A DNA stretch of 64,000 nt. Origin: an uncultured Thermoleophilia bacterium (GTDB lineage Bacteria; Actinomycetota; Thermoleophilia; UBA2241). The stretch covers positions 64,001-128,000 of the forward strand of contig CAVPCT010000001.1 of NCBI GenBank assembly GCA_963702475.1. Reading direction: 5' to 3'. The notes under the pieces were generated by a model that did not search any database, was not told the DNA's origin, and saw nothing but the letters and a program-made list of their open reading frames with translations. Shown here piece after piece: positions 59,706-64,000 of the stretch. Every line of letters begins with the position of its first letter. Within the stretch, counting starts at the first letter, position 1. Both the position numbers and the translations under genes were made by a program.

Positions 59706-60590
59706 GTGAGTGTCCCCGCAGCCGGCGCGCGCGGCGCCTCGGGACGCGCCGTTCTCATCGTCGTCGTCATCGCCCTGTCGTTCCAGCTGGGCTCGGCGCT
59801 GGCGGTCAAGGTCATCGAGTCGGTCGGCGCCGTGGAGGCTCTGTGGCTGCGCACAGCCATCGCCGCCGCGATCCTCGCCTGCATCCGCCCGCGGACGCTG
59901 CGCCTGCCTCCGCGCGGCCGGCGCCTGCGGCTGGTCGCGCTCACCCTGGCGCTGCTGGGCATGAACGGCAGCTTCTACCTGGCCATCAGTCACGCGCCCG
60001 TGGGCCTCGTGGTCGCCATCGAGTTCACGGGGCCGCTGGTCGTGGCCGTGCTCGGCAGCCGGCGCAGGCTCGACTACCTGTGGATCGCGCTGGCCGGCGC
60101 CGGCGTGGTGGTGCTGGCCGGTCCCACGAGCTCCGTCAGCGCGCTCGGCCTCGGCCTCTCCCTGCTGGCCGCGTTCTTCTGGGGCCTCTACCTCGTGCTG
60201 GCGAAACGCGCCGTCAGCGACATGGACCCGCTCTCGGTGACCACGCTCATGCTCATCGGTTCGGCGGTCCTCATCACGCCGCTGCTGCTCCTGACGGGGC
60301 CGGTCGTCAGCGGGCACGGCACCGCCATCCTCCTCGGCGCCTGTGTCGCCGTCCTCTCCTCGGCCTTCCCCTACGTGCTCGAACTCGTGGGGCTGCGCCT
60401 GGTGAAGGCGTCGACGTGGGGTGTGCTGCTGAGCGTGGAGCCGGCGGTCGCGGGTCTCACCGGCTTCCTGATCCTGGGGCAGACCCTGGCCTGGCTGGAG
60501 ATCGGCGCGATGCTCGCCGTGATGGTCGCGGCCGCCGGCGCCAGCTGGACGAGCGGCGCCGGCGAGGAACTTGAGGTCCCGACCGGCTGA
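59706..60590 (+). CDS. EamA family transporter (RhtA-like)
   Basis: QLGSALA, MNGSFYLAI, IEFTGPL, PYVLEL and SVEPA motifs. Confidence 0.88.
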   Translation: MSVPAAGARGASGRAVLIVVVIALSFQLGSALAVKVIESVGAVEALWLRTAIAAAILACIRPRTLRLPPRGRRLRLVALTLALLGMNGSFYLAISHAPVGLVVAIEFTGPLVVAVLGSRRRLDYLWIALAGAGVVVLAGPTSSVSALGLGLSLLAAFFWGLYLVLAKRAVSDMDPLSVTTLMLIGSAVLITPLLLLTGPVVSGHGTAILLGACVAVLSSAFPYVLELVGLRLVKASTWGVLLSVEPAVAGLTGFLILGQTLAWLEIGAMLAVMVAAAGASWTSGAGEELEVPTG

Positions 60591-60688
60591 GGACGGCGCG
60601 GCGCGGACATGCACCGGCGGTCCTTGGGGATCATCGCAGCGCGCCGCGGCCGGCGGGCGCCCTCATCGTCCTGGATGAGGCTTCGGCG

Positions 60689-60982
60689 TCACGGAAGCCG
60701 GGCGAGCAGCGCGCCCATCTCCTCCATGCCGAAGCCTTTGAGGGTCGTGGTGGTCATGTAGCCGTTCGCCGTCACTCCTGCAGCCCACGTGACGGCGATC
60801 TCATCGCTGGGCGCCTCGCCCACGGTGACCATGTCGTACTCTCCCATGGTGGCGACGACGGCGATGGTCGTGCCGCCCATCGCCTCCCACGCCGCCTTGG
60901 CTTCGTCGACTCGCTTGGGCCAGCCTTTCATGTCGGCCGCCCCTTTGGCCGTGAACTTCAACAGCCCCACGTACAGTGGCAT
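60689..60982 (-). CDS. GYD domain protein
   Basis: MPLYVGLLKFTAKG...TMGEYD...EAPSDE. Confidence 0.88.
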   Translation of the reverse strand: MPLYVGLLKFTAKGAADMKGWPKRVDEAKAAWEAMGGTTIAVVATMGEYDMVTVGEAPSDEIAVTWAAGVTANGYMTTTTLKGFGMEEMGALLARLP

Positions 60983-61121
60983 GGTGTCCCCCTTCGTTTT
61001 CGAGCGCGCCTCTCAACCGCCGGCCGCGGTATAGCTGAGTGTGTACCCGCGGCAACGGCGGTATGCACAGGGCTGTACCTACCGGCCGCGCGTTCCGTCC
61101 GCCGGCGTCAGGCAGTCCCCC

Positions 61122-61170
61122 GACGACGAGAGGCCCGGCCCCTCGTCCGGGGGCCGGGCCTCTCGTCGTC
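61122..61170. terminator. 21-bp-stem hairpin
   Basis: GACGACGAGAGGCCCGGCCCC-N7-GGGGCCGGGCCTCTCGTCGTC at the 3' end of the 61169-61627 gene. Confidence 0.7.
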
Positions 61171-61627
61171 AGCCGCGCGCCGCCTCGATCGCCGCCAGCA
61201 GCGCCTCGGGCTCGTTCGTCCCGATGGTGAATTGCTTGCCGGAGGCGAACCGCAGGCGCACGGCCTTGCGGCCCGAGGCGTTGTAGACCCAGCCGGACGG
61301 CGTGAGCCGGATGCCCCAGCCGGTGAGCCACGACGTCTTCGTGAGGCTCGCCTTCTCGACGGTGCGCAGGTCGAAACGGCGGCGCGCCGCGCCGCACGCG
61401 AAGCCGACGCTGAGCGTGGGCCCTGCGATGCTCACGGTGAGCCGCGAGAACGCCAGCATGAGCGCGGTGAAGGCCAGCATGCCGGGCGCGTACAGCCACA
61501 GCCGCGGCTTTCTCGCGCGCCGGTCGCGCAGAAGGGCGCCTCCCTGTGCCCAGAGACCGAAGGCGAGGCCCACGTACATGGGGTAGCCCAGCTGCGTGTG
61601 CCGGTACGTCTCGACGTCGCTGTTCAT
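61169..61627 (-). CDS. hypothetical 2-TM protein with a PH-like C-terminus
   Basis: YRHTQ.G...GWGIR...WVYNASG...IGTNEP pattern; RBS GGAGG. Confidence 0.75.
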   Translation of the reverse strand: MNSDVETYRHTQLGYPMYVGLAFGLWAQGGALLRDRRARKPRLWLYAPGMLAFTALMLAFSRLTVSIAGPTLSVGFACGAARRRFDLRTVEKASLTKTSWLTGWGIRLTPSGWVYNASGRKAVRLRFASGKQFTIGTNEPEALLAAIEAARG

Positions 61628-62130
61628 CTGCCCGCCTCCGATTTCGTCCGCCCGTCCCTTCGCTTGTGCCCGCGTGAGTCGCCTCGGGGTCGCGGTGCGG
61701 CCGGCCGTTCGTCGATCGGCGCCCAGAACACACCGAGACTCTCCACCGCCTCGATGGACTCCTGGAAGGCGACCGGCTTGACCACGTGCGCGTGCACACC
61801 GAGATCGTAGCTCGTGAGGATGTCCTGCTCCACGCGCGACGACGTGAGGATGACCACCGGGGCCCGTTTCGGGCCGGGGTCGCTGCGGATCTCCCGCAGC
61901 ACCTCGAGGCCGTCCTCGCGCGGCATCTTGATGTCGAGGACCACCACTGCCGGGGCGCGCGAGATGCGAGCGGCGAAGGCCCACTCGCGGCGCAGGTACT
62001 CCATGGCCTCCACGCCGTCCCCGACCGCGGTCACCCGGTCGGCGAGGTCGTGCTGGCTCAGGGCCTCAAGGGTCAGCTCGACGTCGTTGGGGTCGTCCTC
62101 GGCGAGCAGGATGTCGGGGTAGGTTTCCAT
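61624..62130 (-). CDS. Rcp1-like single-domain response regulator, possibly decaying
   Basis: ILLAEDDPND, LDIKMP, LTSS and VVKP motifs; several non-consensus residues and an extended tail. Confidence 0.7.
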   Translation of the reverse strand: METYPDILLAEDDPNDVELTLEALSQHDLADRVTAVGDGVEAMEYLRREWAFAARISRAPAVVVLDIKMPREDGLEVLREIRSDPGPKRAPVVILTSSRVEQDILTSYDLGVHAHVVKPVAFQESIEAVESLGVFWAPIDERPAAPRPRGDSRGHKRRDGRTKSEAGR

Positions 62131-62372
62131 CACGCGTGCGTCCCCTTTCTTCGAGGGAGAGAGAAGAAGAAGGTCGCTCCCTCTCCGGTGGCTCCCACGG
62201 CCCAAGCACGGCCTCCGAGCCTTGTGACGATGCGCTGCACGTTGGCGAGCCCGATGCCGGTACCCTCCAACTCCCTGCCGCTCTGCAGGCGCTGGAACAC
62301 GCCGAACAGCTTGTGCGCGCACTGCATGTCGAACCCTACTCCATTGCCGCGCACGGAGAACACGTCGGTCTG
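62130..62372 (-). pseudogene. C-terminal fragment of a sensor histidine kinase (HATPase_c G1/F/G2 boxes)
   Basis: VRGNGVGFD...LFGVFQRL...GTGIGLA...GATFFFSLP; no H-box or N-box upstream; G1 Asp replaced by Gly. Confidence 0.8.
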
Positions 62373-62559
62373 ACGTCCGGGAGCAGGTCGTGGACGCGGA
62401 GCTCGCGCGGCCGCCGGGGAAATCTGCCTGATGCCATGGGCGGATCGTCCCGGGGCAACGGCGGCCGGCGGCGGTCCTGCTGGGAATAACCCGGGTGTGG
62501 ACGAGGCTGCGCGGAGGTCGGACGTTCGCCGGGCCGCGCGGCGCAGGGGGGGGCGGGTC

Positions 62560-63390
62560 ATGTACACGATCGCCGACCGGCAGCAGCTCACCAAGCGCGA
62601 CACCGTGAGCCTCACCATCGAGGCCCCCCAGATCGCACGCAGGATCCGGCCCGGGCAGTTCGTGGTCGTCCGGGTGAACGAGACCGGCGAGCGCGTGCCC
62701 CTCACGGTGGCGCAGAAGGACCCGGCCGCCGGCACCATCACGCTCATCATCCAGGTCGTCGGCAAGAGCACCGCGCTGCTCGCTTCGCTGCGCGCCGGCG
62801 ACGCCGTCAAGGACCTGTGCGGGCCTCTGGGGAAGCCGGCGCCCATCGAGAAGGTCGGCACGGTGGTCGGCATCGGCGGCGGGTCGGGCATCGCCGTGCT
62901 GCACCACCTGCTCGGGGGGCACCGCGAGGCCGGCAACCGCATCGTCGGCGTCATCGGGGCGCGTGACAAGGACCTCCTGATCATGGAGGAGGACATGCGC
63001 TCCCTGTGCGACGAGATGCTCGTGACCACCGACGACGGCAGCTACGGCATGCACGGCAAGGTGACCGAGGCGCTGAAGGCGCTCGTGGAGCGGCAGCAGC
63101 GCATCGATCGGGTGATCGCCATCGGGCCGCTCGTCATGATGCGCGCGGTCGCCGAGATGACGCGCGTGTACGGGTTGCCGACCGAGGTGAGCCTCAACCC
63201 GATCATGGTGGACGGCAGCGGCATGTGCGGGGGCTGCCGCTGCACGGTGGACGGCAAGACGCGCTTCGCCTGCGTGGACGGCCCGCACTTCGACGCCTTC
63301 GGGGTGGACTTCGACGAGCTGATCCAGCGAGGTCGGATGTACGAGCGCGACGAGCGCACCGCCTTGCTGACCTCGGTGCGGGCGGCGTAG
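62560..63390 (+). CDS. nfnA: NfnA/SudB-type FAD/[2Fe-2S] subunit of electron-bifurcating transhydrogenase
   Basis: PGQFV, ERVPLT, GPLG, GGGSG, DDGSYG and [17 protein letters not shown]...CVDGP motifs. Confidence 0.88.
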   Translation: MYTIADRQQLTKRDTVSLTIEAPQIARRIRPGQFVVVRVNETGERVPLTVAQKDPAAGTITLIIQVVGKSTALLASLRAGDAVKDLCGPLGKPAPIEKVGTVVGIGGGSGIAVLHHLLGGHREAGNRIVGVIGARDKDLLIMEEDMRSLCDEMLVTTDDGSYGMHGKVTEALKALVERQQRIDRVIAIGPLVMMRAVAEMTRVYGLPTEVSLNPIMVDGSGMCGGCRCTVDGKTRFACVDGPHFDAFGVDFDELIQRGRMYERDERTALLTSVRAA

Positions 63391-63398
63391 GAGGGGCC

Positions 63399-64000
63399 GT
63401 GGGCGCCGACGCGGAGCTGTCGGTGCTGGAGCACGAGGGCGACCTCGCGAGCTTCTGCCCGCGCTGCAGGGCCGGGTTGGACGTCTACGACGGCGCCACC
63501 CGGCGGGTCTGGATCCGCCTGCTGGTGCGCAAGGACGGTCGGGATCACGAGCTGCTGCTGAACCCCCGTCTCGAGGTGTGCGAGCGGGTCTGCTCCGTGG
63601 TCGTGCAGGACGGCGACGTGGCCGAGGACGTGTCGTGCCCGCATTGTGGCTCGTCACTGTTCGAGCCCGGGCGCGTCTGCGATGCCTGCGCCGCGCCGGT
63701 CTTCGGCTTCGAGGTGTCGGTGCGGTCCCGCGTCGCACCGCTGTGGGTCTGCGCCCGCGCGGGCTGCCGGTGGCACGGCGTGTCCACGCAGGCCGCGGCC
63801 AAGATCAGGTCGGTGGCGGCGCGCCAGAGGCTGCCCGAGCAGGACCCGGTGCTGCGCGTGCGCAACTTCTCCGAGGTGAGCTACGGGTTCGACGGCGACC
63901 AGGCCGTGGCCGAGGCCGAGCGCTGCAGGCAGTGCAAGAAGCCTGCCTGCGTCGCCGGCTGCCCGGTCGATGTGGACATTCCCGGCTTCGTCGCGCTCAT
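63399..64000 (+). CDS. nfnB: NfnB/SudA (GltD-like) subunit with an extra Cys-rich N-terminal domain; runs off the window
   Basis: Manual translation from GTG 63399: ...EQDPVLRVRNFSEV...EAERCRQCKKPACVAGCPVDVDIPGF; not in the supplied ORF track because no stop lies within the window. Confidence 0.85.
   Translation, partial: MGADAELSVLEHEGDLASFCPRCRAGLDVYDGATRRVWIRLLVRKDGRDHELLLNPRLEVCERVCSVVVQDGDVAEDVSCPHCGSSLFEPGRVCDACAAPVFGFEVSVRSRVAPLWVCARAGCRWHGVSTQAAAKIRSVAARQRLPEQDPVLRVRNFSEVSYGFDGDQAVAEAERCRQCKKPACVAGCPVDVDIPGFVAL

Overview
A gene-dense, very GC-rich bacterial chromosome segment. SepF, a PASTA-repeat protein, leaderless -10/start arrangements, Ku/LigD and GYD proteins suggest Actinomycetota, possibly Thermoleophilia-like; this is an inference. 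Rubrerythrin, NfnAB, DUF1638 and an alternative-oxidase-like diiron protein point to an anaerobic or micro-oxic lifestyle. I found no rRNA, tRNA, CRISPR array or transposase. Most genes are transporters and single metabolic enzymes. Two loci stand out. (1) A tusA-dsrE-iscS-iscU operon at 55681-58338. Its IscS lacks the PLP Schiff-base lysine (SANELYGP instead of SxHKxYGP, the Archaeoglobus non-desulfurase pattern), and its IscU carries a degenerate thioredoxin-reductase NADPH domain. This is a candidate desulfurase-independent Fe-S assembly system fed by sulfur carriers. (2) A stand-alone two-gene operon at 32024-34318 encoding form II RuBisCO and a proteobacterial-type phosphoribulokinase, preceded by a perfect FNR/Crp-type palindrome, with no other cbb genes nearby. 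The window also holds an NfnB with an extra Cys-rich N-terminal domain and several apparent gene-deletion scars. All protein family calls come from motif recognition by eye, not from database searches. Several start codons were re-chosen from the ORF track using RBS or leaderless signals.
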